Positions 39,601 to 53,333 of a stretch of 64,000 nucleotides of DNA are shown here, one piece after another. Every line of letters starts with the position of its first letter. Position 1 is the first letter of the stretch. The notes beneath the pieces were generated by a model. That model was not told where the DNA came from and did not search any database. It saw only the letters and a program-made list of their open reading frames with translations. The translations under genes were made by a program, and so were the position numbers. Where the stretch lies: NCBI GenBank assembly GCA_051294375.1, contig CM119263.1:21374494-21438493 (forward strand), given 5' to 3'. The DNA comes from Paraspadella gotoi (taxonomy: Eukaryota > Animalia > Chaetognatha).

Positions 39601-40738
39601 NNNNNNNNNNNNNNNNNNNNNNNNNNNNNNNNNNNNNNNNNNNNNNNNNNNNNNNNNNNNNNNNNNNNNNNNNNNNNNNNNNNNNNNNNNNNNNNNNNNN
39701 NNNNNNNNNNNNNNNNNNNNNNNNNNNNNNNNNNNNNNNNNNNNNNNNNNNNNNNNNNNNNNNNNNNNNNNNNNNNNNNNNNNNNNNNNNNNNNNNNNNN
39801 NNNNNNNNNNNNNNNNNNNNNNNNNNNNNNNNNNNNNNNNNNNNNNNNNNNNNNNNNNNNNNNNNNNNNNNNNNNNNNNNNNNNNNNNNNNNNNNNNNNN
39901 NNNNNNNNNNNNNNNNNNNNNNNNNNNNNNNNNNNNNNNNNNNNNNNNNNNNNNNNNNNNNNNNNNNNNNNNNNNNNNNNNNNNNNNNNNNNNNNNNNNN
40001 NNNNNNNNNNNNNNNNNNNNNNNNNNNNNNNNNNNNNNNNNNNNNNNNNNNNNNNNNNNNNNNNNNNNNNNNNNNNNNNNNNNNNNNNNNNNNNNNNNNN
40101 NNNNNNNNNNNNNNNNNNNNNNNNNNNNNNNNNNNNNNNNNNNNNNNNNNNNNNNNNNNNNNNNNNNNNNNNNNNNNNNNNNNNNNNNNNNNNNNNNNNN
40201 NNNNNNNNNNNNNNNNNNNNNNNNNNNNNNNNNNNNNNNNNNNNNNNNNNNNNNNNNNNNNNNNNNNNNNNNNNNNNNNNNNNNNNNNNNNNNNNNNNNN
40301 NNNNNNNNNNNNNNNNNNNNTTGTTAATTTGTTATTCTGTCAAAATCCAACTCGAAGTCATTTGTGGCCTCACCCCTTTCCCTCTCTTTGAAAACAACAT
40401 GATACCAGCAGAATGACCACGAGGAGGAGAAAAAAAATCGGAAAAAATGGAAAAAAACATCGAGTGATTCATTCTTTCTTTCTTTCTTTCTTTCCTTTTC
40501 TTTTTTTTTNNNNNNNNNNNNNNNNNNNNNNNNNNNNNNNNNNNNNNNNNNNNNNNNNNNNNNNNNNNNNNNNNNNNNNNNNNNNNNNNNNNNNNNNNNN
40601 NNNNNNNNNNNNNNNNNNNNNNNNNNNNNNNNNNNNNNNNNNNNNNNNNNNNNNNNNNNNNNNNNNNNNNNNNNNNNNNNNNNNNNNNNNNNNNNNNNNN
40701 NNNNNNNNNNNNNNNNNNNNNNNNNNNNNNNNNNNNNN

Positions 40739-40770
<32 letters not shown>

Positions 40771-40908
40771 TTCTATTTTTTATTTCGAACTTTTCAAATT
40801 CTTGTTTTTCTTCTTTTTTTTACGTTTCCTCGTAAAAGAGAAAATATAACCGGATTCAAGACAAACCTGTTAATGACAAGTAAAACTTGAAAACGTAAGA
40901 AAATATAA

Positions 40909-40946
<38 letters not shown>

Positions 40947-41351
40947 CCACGTAAAAACCCTACTTTGAGATGACGCTTGAGGGTTAATATTGAAAACTCG
41001 TTTTGATTTCTTTCCTTCTTTCTTTTTCGTTTCTTTTGATACATCGAGACATCAAACCTGGCATCTCGAAGTCGGGAAGTAAATCTGGGGCAGAAATGCA
41101 TCATCTTAGATTCTGTATAAATTATCGAATTACACAGGAGTTTTTTAATTCAATTCGATTTCTGATTTAAACCGAAGTATCGTTTCACAATGATCAAAAA
41201 TATTAGAACAGTTTTGTTTTAAAATGTAAATAACGATCCTTTTTTTCTCTTTTTTTACATCCTACCCTCAAATCGATCTTCCTTAGTTCTGACGATGATC
41301 GAGAATGACCCACTGTAGCGAGAATTNNNNNNNNNNNNNNNNNNNNNNNNN

Positions 41352-44300
41352 CCTTTGTAACCGTTACTGTTTTCATCTTTATGTTTTTCCCTCTTGTTGT
41401 TGATGATCTGCCTCGATCATTTATAATTATGCCTTGAATGAGGTCTCAAGTGAAACAAGCACGAATTTGTTTTACAACAAGATCTCCTCCCGAGTGCGAA
41501 TTCGGATCGCTACAACTTGTTGTTCCCGCAACGAACGAAGTAAATCAGACGCAACCCTCTCAAATATTAGGAATATATGAATAAATAATATGCGAAAAAT
41601 AATCTAATATAATACTAATAATAATAACTTCTTCATAATATTGAGAATAAGGCTCGCATCGAATCGCGCCGCGCCGTCACCCCAGCCGATCAGTCCATTT
41701 CGGCACACCGCCGCGCTAAGAGCCGCTCAAATCGTTCGCAACCACGCCGGCGGTCGCGCCACTGGTATGAAAGAGGACGTCGCCGTCCTCAAACTTCAAG
41801 GAGCGCGGGAACGCCAACTCGCTCCGGTTATTCTAAGACAAGTTTAATCTCTAAAGGGAATTAACTCAAGCGCGTGCCTGATGATTCAGAGAGACTGAAA
41901 CTTGTTTTTTCTCGTTTCTTTCATTAAATGTTTTATTTCTTTTTTAATCGAAATTGGGACGAATCGGACGCAAATTGGTATTGAAATGAAAGGAGGACAA
42001 AATAATCGGTGCTCAATTCCTCCACTATCTCACTGATACGTCCCACGGATCGACAGAGTTTTCGGCCGATGACTCGTGAGATGTAGAGAACAGACAGACC
42101 AGACGAAAAAGAACAGACGGCACCTCGGCGAGGAATACTTGAGCATACGAAAAAAAAAGAAAAATGAAGACGAAAGCTAGAATATTGAGAAATATTGATT
42201 AACAAAATACTCAATTATGAAAATGAGAGTCGGAGACCAACAAGATTATATAAGGAAGCAAAAGGAGAGAAAGGCGCGCGTGGCGGGGGAAACAAAAACT
42301 TTAAGAGTCAGAACAAAGAAAGAATAAATAAAAAGAAAAACCATGGCTGTCGCAAATCCGCCAAATACATCAAACGCCATCAATGGAGGCTTAAACGCGA
42401 ACTGTTACTGCGCCAGTGGAGATAACATTTGATGCGGAAACAAATTTTTACAAATCAAAACTTTCATTTTACTTTTTTTAAACTGCCCTTTTTTAACTTG
42501 GCATCATTTTTCAACTTGGCCATCATTTAGGTATTAAAAATGCCCTTAATCGGCGTTTAATCTTATTTACAGAATACTTAGGGACTGGTCTTTGTTTCAT
42601 CAGGAAACATAAAAACCGGTGAATTGCTTTGGAATGTAGAGTAAATAAAATTGAGCTTGCTAGTTTTTTAAATTGTCTCTTTTTGTTACAGCCATCTGGT
42701 TCAATTAACACTAAAAAAGATGCCAAAAATTGTTATTTTGTTTCACAGGTTATTTGTTTTATTTGTAGGTATCAGGCGGATAGATATCTCGCTGGTAGAT
42801 TAAATAGCGATACAATAGAGGATAGGTTAACTTTGGTTAGGGTCAGAAGGTTTGGATCCAGTTCATTAGGTGCAGACAGAAAAACAAATTTTTATGGAAA
42901 GATAAAGGGAAAGACTGCTCAAGAAATTTGAGAAAGTAAGAGACAACAATCCTCTAGTAGGAAAGAAAAAAGAATTAAAATAGAAAAAACAGAAAGAAAA
43001 AAAAGAAAACAATATGTTCAATTTAGCAGTAATAAATCGATTTACAAATAAAGCGATTTACAAAAAAAAGGAAAAAGAGAAAAAATATATACTATTAATA
43101 ATAGGGAAAATGTTGTAACAACCCAAAAAGAGTTACTTTAAAAAAAGATAGAAAATATGAAAAGCTTGTGGACCCATGAGCATTAATAGAGAAGGATAAA
43201 GGAGGAGCCTTCTTTGACCTGCAAAATAATCGAAGGTGCTCGCGTACTCCTCTATCGCTGACCAGCCATCCGATCCATTTTTAGAGTGTTGTGTCTCCGG
43301 CGAGTTAAAAGACAAAAGCGCGACGAGAGAGAGAGGAACCCGAGCAGCAGAGATGATGAAGATAGATGATGAGACTGAGATTGAGAAAGGCAGAGGGACT
43401 GTGACAGGACGAGAGACGCGGAGACGAGAGATATGAGACGCCAAGAAGAGAGAGCGGAGGACGGATCGGAGAGAGAAAGAAGAAACGGATAGAGGCGACA
43501 GACGCGAAGCGAATTTGTCGATTAATCAAATCCTCCAATCATCGCGTTGATCGGCACAAACAAGAAAACCAATTCTCTTGTTTTCCTTTGTTTTTTTTTC
43601 GCGCCGTCTATTGTTGTTTAGCGATTAGCGATTTTTATGAAACGATTTCGAGCGCGTTCCGTCGTCGCTCATGTCTTCACTGCGAACCAGGTCGTCGAGC
43701 CAAGTCAGGCATCCGTCGTCGCTTTTCTTTATTCCTCGTTCGCAATTTTTAAATCCGACATTGCTCCATAGACCCTGTTTCAATCTCGACAGATGTGGAC
43801 TGTCTTGATCCTTGTTGTTGCTTATGCCGTAACTGTTAAACTTTGTATCCTCCCGCGTATAAGAATTTCGAGAGGCGAGATTCTGATTTATCAACATCAC
43901 ATCGGTCTCGCAACTCTCATCGCACTACTGCGTGATTCTCCCAACGGCACCAGGTACTTAATAGCCTTCATCTGGTCTAGATCGTTGCATCCTTGTACAC
44001 TAATTCGAAATCTGTTTGAACTTGTATCCCTCATCGCCGATGGGCCACCTGCGCCCGTTCGTCGCTCTTTCCCATCGTCCGTAATCGTGCCCCGACAACC
44101 ACGGATCCGACAGCCCGGCCTGCCGCATTGACTCAAACCGAAACGACCGGCTTCAAGAATCAAACTCAAATACGTTGGCGCAAAGCTCCCGCAAACCGTT
44201 GTCCGTTTCTCTATCATGAACTTCACAAACACCCGGGGCGCGAGAGAGCCCTCGTACCCCCATCACTCCGATGTCTAACTCCTGCTCTTATCTCTATTTC

Positions 44301-47300
44301 ACTTCCTCTCTCTCTCTCCTCCCTCCTCCTCTTTTTCGTCGCTCTGCTCTCTCCTCTCCTCTCCTTCTCTCTCTCTCTCAAATTCGATATCACCTCATTT
44401 AAAGAATCCGAAAATGCAAATTTCGTCGAATGATGTGCAAATCATTTTAACGTTCGAAGACGACAGACGACGACGACGACGACCCAGCATATTTGTATTG
44501 GCATTCGACATGGAACACGAAAAAGATGATTGACTCGCGAATTCTTTTTTCTCGAGAATCGAAGGAGAACGATTCAAGTGCGGTGTCCGCTCTTCTCTCC
44601 TCCATCCCTCTAAACGCCTCCCCCGAACGCGCGATGCTTTCTTTCATCACCATCCCCCCTAACACCCCCACCTTTTTCCCCCAACCGTCCGAGTTCATAC
44701 GTTCGCCTCAGACGAAAACTCTCTTTGTCTTTCGTTGTCGTGACCAAGTCCGCTCTCGTCCTATTCTGACGATCGGCGTTCGTCCGTTCAGTCGTCATTC
44801 GTGCGAGTTTGCGCCTGGAAACACGACCTGCGAGTGAAGCCGATTTTTCAGCCAATTCTTGTTTTCCTCTAACTGTTCTGCAATTCAGTCTGCATCGATA
44901 TAACCTTCGCTGATTCCGTCGACGATCGACGGTTGTCGCAACTCCGGACTATCTTGAGCGGTCCGCTCTGCAACCGGATCTAGTCATACTACTTGGCCCC
45001 AGAGCCTTTCACTGCCCGTCTTTTGAGCCCCTCGACCGAGGAATGCCGATTCGGGAGACATGGGATGTCCAAAATAACAGAAAATGGAGATGAGTGTAGA
45101 CCCGGAGGGAGTGATCGCTTCCAGGATGAGTGTTCAGTACAAGACTGAACAGAGAACCCAAAACTGATAAATAAAGGAGATAACGGTGTAGATGCCTTTA
45201 TCAACTTTTCAATTATACATATATACGTTTTTTTCACAATTATACTATGTCATACCACCATTAACCACTCGGAGTACGTCTGTATGCTTTAAAATCATTA
45301 TCAATGTTTGAAATTACACTACTGTTTAATTCAGAATACTTTTAATCTAAGACTCTACCGCGTCCTCCGTTAGTTTCTCTTTGTCACTTCCTCTAGAAGC
45401 ATACAACTTCCTTATCGCCAGAGTTTTCAATCAGCCATTACAACCTAACAATATGCATTAGAATTAGCTATAATTGTATTATATAGGTTTATGCGAACCG
45501 CGGTAAGATCGGATTTACCCGTTTTCTTGCATTTAAAAATTTAGTTGATACTGAGCAATATGTAAAAAGAATACTCGTTGCTTTGTTATGAGAAGTTTTC
45601 TACATTTAATTTTCATCGTTCGGATTCATCTTGAGGTCGCTATCACTTGACTTCTCGTAGTTTAACTTAAATTCTAGTCCGCATCTCGCTATGATAATTA
45701 TTCTACTGTTCCCTTGATCTTGGCAATTTTTTTATATCGTTCCTCTTTGGCCATTTCGAAATTTAGAAAATTAATTCACTTTTTGAAATTTTTTGAACTT
45801 GACTACTATAGAGACAATAACATGAAGTTTATCTTTTAACAACTACGATTAATTAATGCCATTCGTATTTTCGCTAATGGTATTTTGGCGACGTGATAGT
45901 GAACAATTACCTCGTACAATTGTTTTATCATGGTGCATCTACTTACATATAGATTAATAACGAAGACTCCGGGCAGATTATTAATGCACTACTTATATAC
46001 AGCTATTGGTATCACAATACATACAAATGATATTAAAGAATTGAGTACCGCTCAACAGCGTACATGACTAGTTTCTACATTCTACTTAAACGATTGCCTA
46101 GACGAAACCAGTCGCCCACTAGAAGCTATCCGGGAGCGCGGCCGTCCTTCACGCAGGCTTAAACTTATCACCCTCTATTTCGAAGTATTTACCGTTCAGT
46201 ACCATTAGCATCCAACCTGTGGTATTGTCTGCTCCCCCCGCACAAATCTTATTGGTACACGCTTGCGACCGCCGAATCCGTTTCCTTGACACGTCGTACC
46301 CGACCGTCCGAACCTCCTAAGTTATCTAAATATTCAACCAGTCTTAAAAAAAACGGGCTTTATTCGCTGTTCCTTGCAACAAAGGACGCACCCTGCCGAA
46401 CGCGTGCCCGCCTCCCCAACCGCCGTCACCGGCCGCTACCTAACAAACTGCTTGTGCGATTCGCAGAGTCCCGGGATCACTGTTATGAGGAAAGAGGCAG
46501 ACGGAAAAACAAATCAGTGACATAATATAAATCAGTGCTACATATTCATTCTTCAGAAGGAACAAAAAATTGAAAGAGAGGGAGTCAAAACAAGAAATTG
46601 AGAGAAAGAAGAAAACAGAGAACGAAAGAATAGAAAGATAAAGAAAGCAAGAAAGAAAGAGAAGGAAAGGAAGCATAAGCGAATACGATAGAAGTCTCTG
46701 ACTAAGCATCAGAAGAATCTTCGAAGAAAGCGGAAACCGAACTAACGAGACAGAATCCTGCTTCGAGCATTCTGATGTGTTTCCTTCCGTCCTTTTTCTT
46801 TGCTATTCCTCGGTCTTACTTGTTCTGTCTCTCTGTTTCTCCTTTTATATTCATTTCTTTATACGACGCTTCGTGTTGCATACATCATTGCTCTTACTCT
46901 CTCTATTTCTAATTATTTATTTTGAACACCTTTTCATACAAAATTTCATAGGTCTTGCTGTTTCTATCTCTTTTTTTTACGTTTCCTTCTGCTCTGTCTA
47001 AACTCATCTACTCTACTGGCGATTGAAGATATAACCGATATTCCAACTGGACCAAATCCTTCTGTATATGACCAAGTCTCTCTGAAAACTTCGAAAAACG
47101 TTACTACTAACCGAAAATATCAACTATACATTCTCTCTCTCTCTCGTCTTCTCTCTATCCTCCCTCTCCGATCCCTCATTTCCACTCGCGTAAAAAATAA
47201 CAAAACCACTTTCATCTCAGCTTGAGCTAGTGTCGCGAACTGCAATTCAAACGCCACGTGACACTTTGAAGTTTCGACAGGGATATGATATGCTAATATG

Positions 47301-47851
47301 TGAAAAACTGCTTTTCGTACTTGTTCTTTCCGGTCTTCTGTGATCTTTTCGGGGTTTCTTTTGTGGGACGATCTACAGCCGATGACATGCAAGAGACTCC
47401 TCCCGAAGGGCGATCATCAGTGGAGGTCGGCACGGTAAGAGCACGGTCGAAAGATCGAACATAAGGTAAAAAGAATAAGGAAGGGGCAGGAGAAATGAGT
47501 GACCATCATCCTCATAGGTATTGCGTCCTGGTTATATAAAATTAAGTTAGAATCGAGATTAACACCTGGCAGGAGGTGCCTAGTCTAAAAATCAGATTCA
47601 TTGAATGCCGTTGTGGGTTAAACCGACACGGGCCATTGAGTAGCAAGCCTAATGATCTGATAGTATCGTTTTCAGACCCCGAAGTATGTATACAAAAATA
47701 TAAACAGGTTGTGTGAAGATGCCACTACTAGACAAAAATAAATACGATTTCCTTTTTTTTTGCCCGCTTTTTTACATTCCTACCCTCAAAGCGATCTTCG
47801 TCGTGATTCTGGACGAAATGATCGGAGACATGACCCACTGTGACGAGAATT
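41352..47851. other. Very low-quality long-read gap fill, partly a fold-back re-read of flanking sequence
   Basis: Follows a 25-N spacer (41327-41351). 46970-47851 is an insertion-inflated copy of 40815-41326, ending in gacccactgt..gagaatt. 46480-46700 resembles the reverse complement of 40740-40840, and 43130-43540 resembles the reverse complement of 48530-48690. Confidence 0.7.
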
Positions 47852-49215
47852 ACTAGGAGAACCGGTCGTGCAACGGTCCTTTACCCGACTGAGAGCGGAA
47901 ATGGGATGCGACACTTTTTTCGTCGGAGAATCAGAGATCGGAGGAGTTAATGAATTTCGTTTTAAAATTACGGCGAAAGGTAATAAGATTTAGCTTTTCC
48001 CCTCCTCCCGCTCCACAAATATAATCTTTGTTATTTCTTTACTTCCTTTGATAAAACCGAAATTTAACCAGAAGGAAAAAAAAAGAACAAAACAAAATTT
48101 AAACCTTTTAACATAAAATATCTAAAAAAATAAAACTCGAAGATAATTTTCTCTTTATAGTTATGAATTTTTTTTTTGGCTTCAAGGTGTCCAAGAAATA
48201 GGATTATAATTCCCAATTGAGGAATTGAAAAGTGGGTTAACCCCAGACGTTTTAATGATGAAAAAACATTTCTAGACCTCCTCAGAAAGCCAAAAAGAGA
48301 AAAAAAAATCCTTGAACTTTTTCTCGAGTCAATTTTTAAAAACGGCAAGTCAAAATGCTAAAAAAAGTAGCGTAAAATGAGCGTGGAACAGCTACTCCGC
48401 TACATTGCTACGCTAAGCTTATTAACTCCATTATAAAAAAAATCATTTCGCTTTATTGAGCAGGCTCGTCTTTTTCGAAATTTTTTTTCTTTCTGCGCCA
48501 AAATAAAATTTAATGGAAGGTAAAAAAGTATTATTTGCATTAATCCGCTTTATATTTCAAATCTCTCTCTCTTTCTTTCTCTCTCTCTCTCTCTTTATCT
48601 GAGAAGGAGAGAGATAAAGCGAGAGAAACTAGAGCAATTTTAGGAACGGAAAAAAAATAGAGCCCACAACCCTTTTTTCTCGCAGCACAAAGATTTTTTA
48701 TTCGAATCTTTCGATAAGATTAAATTTAACTCATTGATTTTGGTTTATTTGTTTTTAAAACTCCGAAGCCAAGTACGTATTACAGTCCAGTTCCTTGTTT
48801 TATAGGAAATCAATGAAAACAACAACGACAACAACAACTAGGGTCTCCTAAAATCTTCCAAAAATAAAAAAAATAAAAAAGAGTTGAGTCGGGTTTTTTT
48901 TTCGAATGCGGTTGTCATTTAAACGCTTTTTCGATTTATCACCAAAGCTTCAGCTACTNNNNNNNNNNNNNNNNNNNNNNNNNNNNNNNNNNNNNNNNNN
49001 NNNNNNNNNNNNNNNNNNNNNNNNNNNNNNNNNNNNNNNNNNNNNNNNNNNNNNNNNNNNNNNNNNNNNNNNNNNNNNNNNNNNNNNNNNNNNNNNNNNN
49101 NNNNNNNNNNNNNNNNNNNNNNNNNNNNNNNNNNNNNNNNNNNNNNNNNNNNNNNNNNNNNNNNNNNNNNNNNNNNNNNNNNNNNNNNNNNNNNNNNNNN
49201 NNNNNNNNNNNNNNN

Positions 49216-49251
<36 letters not shown>

Positions 49252-49316
49252 AATGGCAAAAGATAAATGTAGTCAATATCAGTCGTTGGTCTGACTCTCG
49301 GTATCCATCTGTCCAT
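49252..49316 (-). CDS. Candidate alternative first coding exon (MDRWIPRVRPTTDIDYIYLLP, phase-2 exit)
   Basis: Consensus donor ATT|gtaagt at 49251-49246 and ATG at 49316. An upstream ATG in another frame (MTRGEKK...FCH, phase 1) is also open to the donor. Lies ~350 bp downstream of the E-box triplet. Confidence 0.35.
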
Positions 49317-49663
49317 CTGTCCCTTCTTTTCTTTTCCCCACGGGTCATCCACCTCATCTTTTGCTCTCATTTTGTCTTTCTTTTTGTATTTCTTTCTTTC
49401 TTTCTTTCTTTCTTTCTTTCNNNNNNNNNNNNNNNNNNNNNNNNNNNNNNNNNNNNNNNNNNNNNNNNNNNNNNNNNNNNNNNNNNNNNNNNNNNNNNNN
49501 NNNNNNNNNNNNNNNNNNNNNNNNNNNNNNNNNNNNNNNNNNNNNNNNNNNNNNNNNNNNNNNNNNNNNNNNNNNNNNNNNNNNNTTTTTTATCTTCTCT
49601 TTTTTATATTCATTCGCGTCTCCTTCTCGGATGACGACCAAAATGCGAAGATCTTTTTCGCTA

Positions 49664-49713
49664 TCACGTGATTCTTCATTTTAATCACGTGATTCTTCGT
49701 TCTGGTCACGTGA
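49664..49713. promoter_or_regulatory. Three phased TCACGTGA E-boxes
   Basis: TCACGTGA at 49664, 49685 and 49706 (21-bp period). The third is GTCACGTGAC, the MiT/TFE CLEAR palindrome. Confidence 0.6.
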
Positions 49714-50060
49714 CGATTCCTTACAATCGAGCGATTTCGGTGGGATCGACCTCTCACCCAAATTTCGTCGCCCGAAAACAAAAAAGACCAAAACTTTTTT
49801 TTGTTCAACTTTAAAAAAAAATCTTTTGTTTTGTCTTTACACTATTTTTTTACATTTTTTGTCAATAGATTTACTTTTTTGTATGTGTTGTGTTCATTGT
49901 AGCCATTGTAGAAATTTTCCCCCAAAAAAGTAAAATATTTGAGTCACGAGGGTCTCCAAGGAACGAAGGGGTTTTGTTACTCGGGCTCTTTTTTTCTTCC
50001 TTCTCCCTTCGGCATCTCACCTCACAACTCGACTCTAATTTTAAGAGAGATTTTGAAAGA

Positions 50061-50092
<32 letters not shown>
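50061..50092. repeat. (GTC)n microsatellite
   Basis: Pure trinucleotide run. Confidence 0.95.
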
Positions 50093-52196
50093 TTAAAGAA
50101 AGAAAAGAAAGAAAATTGTAAGAAAAGAATAAAAAAAACCCTTCCAAATAATGGAGAAAAAAAACTTAACAGAAAAAAAATAGGGCAAGAAAAAATGGAA
50201 CATGGGAAAACAGAAATGAAGAAAGTTTTATTAAGGGAAAGGGTTGGAACCGAGGTAAAAAAAAAAGTAAGGTAGTTAGAAATGAAGAAAAGAAAAAAAA
50301 AGAAAGAGAGAAAAGGACAAAAAAATCGTCTTCCTCATCATTTCTTCCTCACGTCACTTCGGTTTTTTTTTCTTTCCTTTTTTTAAAGAATTTTTCGAGG
50401 GTTCACCATAAGTAGGGCGAAATAAGATAACCCAAACTAAAAATGTAGAGCTGATTTTTTTTTTAANNNNNNNNNNNNNNNNNNNNNNNNNNNNNNNNNN
50501 NNNNNNNNNNNNNNNNNNNNNNNNNNNNNNNNNNNNNNNNNNNNNNNNNNNNNNNNNNNNNNNNNNNNNNNNNNNNNNNNNNNNNNNNNNNNNNNNNNNN
50601 NNNNNNNNNNNNNNNNNNNNNNNNNNNNNNNNNNNNNNNNNNNNNNCTTGCATTTTATCCTATTTTTTTCTTTTGTCCTTAACTTAATTGTTGTTGTTAT
50701 CCCGTTCACATTTCTCCGCACATACTCATTTCAATTCCCCGCTTCCAGAGGCCCCTCCCCTTTAATCANNNNNNNNNNNNNNNNNNNNNNNNNNNNNNNN
50801 NNNNNNNNNNNNNNNNNNNNNNNNNNNNNNNNNNNNNNNNNNNNNNNNNNNNNNNNNNNNNNNNNNNNNNNNNNNNNNNNNNNNNNNNNNNNNNNNNNNN
50901 CTCTCTCTCTCTCTCTCTCTCTCTTTTTCTTCTCTTTTTCTCCCTCTTTTCGCTAATAAAAACAATAGAATCACTCGAAAAAGGAAAAGCATAAATATCG
51001 GAGCGGGAAAGAATTTTTTTTCTCTTTTGTTTGAGAAAATAGATTTTTGAAACTGGATCTTTTCCCATTTATGTTCGTTGTTTTTCTGCATCAAGGTCGC
51101 GACCTCTGATCGTGTTTTTACAGGAGTGGGGAGATGGGGTTTGTGTGGGCTATTAAACCGGAGTGGGGGGCTAGAGAGTGTGAGAAATGTAAGTAACTTT
51201 GTAACGTTTGAACATTTATGACAATTTTCAATTATTGTTTTACACTTAATGAAAACCGGCTGATTCATATAAACGTGCTCATGGTACAACTTTTCATTTA
51301 GTCAATTAATTTAATAAACAAACGCGACCAACTAACAAAATTTTAAAAAAACCACTCGATGACAGCGTCTACAGGGAGTTCTCGATCGAACCAATATGGC
51401 GCGTACTGACGTGAACGACTCAAAACAACGCCCGGTGGCGTGGGAATCGATCGAGCGGAGGTTGACGATTCTGTCTAAACTAAAGACGGAGAATCAAAGA
51501 GACAACGCAATAAAAAAAAGAAAAACAAAAAAAAGCCAAGGTTGTTGAACCGATGACCGGAATGTTAATTACTTTAAAGTTTATTTTAAAGCCTGTTACT
51601 GCAGTTTAAAACTTACGGATATAAAAAAAAATTATCTTTCCATTTATTTCTTCAAACCGGTTGGCGACAAGAAGGGAATGACGAGTGCTTAAGTTGAATC
51701 GTCTAAAAATAAAGAAATTCGAGGATTTATTTACGCGTTTTGTTTTCGCTTTCAATTGATGAAAGATAATTGACTTTAACTTTTCGGTCTCCCCGCGCTC
51801 GGGGGAAAGATAAAACGAGAGGTAGAGAAGAGAGAGAGAGAGACGAGATAGAGAGAGGAGAGAGAAGAGAGCGAGAGGAGACGAGAGAGAGGAAGAGTCA
51901 GAGCCCGAGCATAGGGTGCTACCGTTATTGCCCTCAAAGATCAAAACGAATCTATGGGATCCTGCCGACGTTTTTGCCGCCTCATTCTTCCCCATCTTTC
52001 CCCATTCTTTCCTCATTTTTTCCTCATTCTTCCCCATTTTCTGCTAAAAAGATTCATTTCGATTTATATTGTGATATATTTTTTTTTGATGGAAAATGAG
52101 AAAAATCTCTCATTTTATTCGCAAAGGGGGAAAAATGGGTGAAGAAAAAAAATGATAGATTTTGTTGCGGGGGATACTCTCATGACGATGGATAGA

Positions 52197-52213
52197 GACG
52201 ACGACGACGACCA

Positions 52214-52244
<31 letters not shown>

Positions 52245-52268
52245 AACGACGACGACGACGACGACGAC
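52197..52268. repeat. (ACG)n microsatellite
   Basis: Nearly pure trinucleotide run, giving the poly-T/poly-V pseudo-ORFs. Confidence 0.95.
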
Positions 52269-52970
52269 AAAAAACGAAGAGGCTGAATTTGCTCTATTTT
52301 TTTCTCCTTCCCCTCGACATGGCTTTGCCCTTCTTTTTTTGATTGATAAGTTCCCTTCCTTTCTCTTTCGGGACAGAAATAGAGGAGGAGATGTTACAGA
52401 GAGAGGAGAGAAGACGAAGAGAGATAGAGACGAGCAGAGGGAGAGAGAGAGAGAGAGATAGAGAGAGAGATAGAGAAAGAGAAAATTGAATATCAATCCT
52501 GTCATTTACATTTCCTTTTTGAGTTTGCATGCAATCGTCAAATTAAAAAAAAAATTTGAAGGAATCAATTTATTTATCATCTGTTCCCTTTTTTCTCATT
52601 TCGACCCAAAAATATTTTTCGTCGAAAATTCAGAAAATTAAATATCATTTTTTTTTATTCTTAAACCCTCTTCGACGTCGACTCGTTCGCTCCGCTACGG
52701 GAACATTCCGGTTGTTTACTTTGGATTTTGTATCTCTCTCTCTCTCCCTCTCTCCTTCTCTCTCTCTCTGCTTCTCTTTCTCTCTCTNNNNNNNNNNNNN
52801 NNNNNNNNNNNNNNNNNNNNNNNNNNNNNNNNNNNNNNNNNNNNNNNNNNNNNNNNNNNNNNNNNNNNNNNNNNNNNNNNNNNNNNNNNNNNNNNNNNNN
52901 NNNNNNNNNNNNNNNNNNNNNNNNNNNNNNNNNNNNNNNNNNNNNNNNNNNNNNNNNNNNNNNNNNNNNN

Positions 52971-53005
<35 letters not shown>

Positions 53006-53280
53006 CTAAAAAAATGGTTGTTTTTAATCAGATTTTATTCTTTCCAAGTCTTTACTCGCTGGGGGGAGGAGGAGGAGGAGGAGAAGCAGAAGGAGATGGA
53101 GGAGGAGGAGGATGAAGAGGAGAGGGGGTCGAAAAAAAGTAGTTCAAATTGGAAGCTAGGGTAATAGCGGCTTCCGCGGCGCCGAAAACGGCGCTGCTTC
53201 GCTGCGGCACCGCGGGCCGGCGTCATCTTACTCACTCAGTTCCTCACCCTTTCCACATCCCCACGAGCCCCACGTCCCGA

Positions 53281-53333
53281 GGGAATTTCCGAGCCAATAA
53301 AGACGATTGGAGAGGAGGGTTCTTATATCGATA
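53281..53333. promoter_or_regulatory. Motif cluster: kappaB site, inverted CCAAT pair, DRE
   Basis: GGGAATTTCC 53281-53290, CCAAT 53294-53298, ATTGG 53306-53310 and TATCGATA 53326-53333, next to a GC/CpG-rich patch (53165-53280). Confidence 0.4.

Noticed and set aside
39478-40416. ORFs spanning N runs (also 6997-7671, 27158-27982, 48906-49634)
   Set aside because: Artefacts of translating assembly gaps.
42340-42931. Faint resemblance to Penelope RT motifs (FLNCL..QPSGSINT, ADRYL)
   Set aside because: Lies in the noisy gap fill that appears to re-read flanking non-coding DNA; motif spacing is wrong and there is no intact YVDD.
43625-44232. Faint resemblance to the C-terminus of R4/Dong-type non-LTR elements (CR..C, VA..INQNLA)
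   Set aside because: No intact CCHC or PD-(D/E)xK motif; low-quality sequence, so a chance match is likely.
46480-46990. Long inverted repeat centred near 46730
   Set aside because: Both arms match 40740-40840 in opposite orientations, best explained by a long-read fold-back rather than a genomic palindrome.
51355-51390. miR-10-like seed (ccctgtaga on the minus strand); bantam-like tgagatcatt at 5888
   Set aside because: Seed-length matches only; the rest of the mature sequence and the hairpin are absent.
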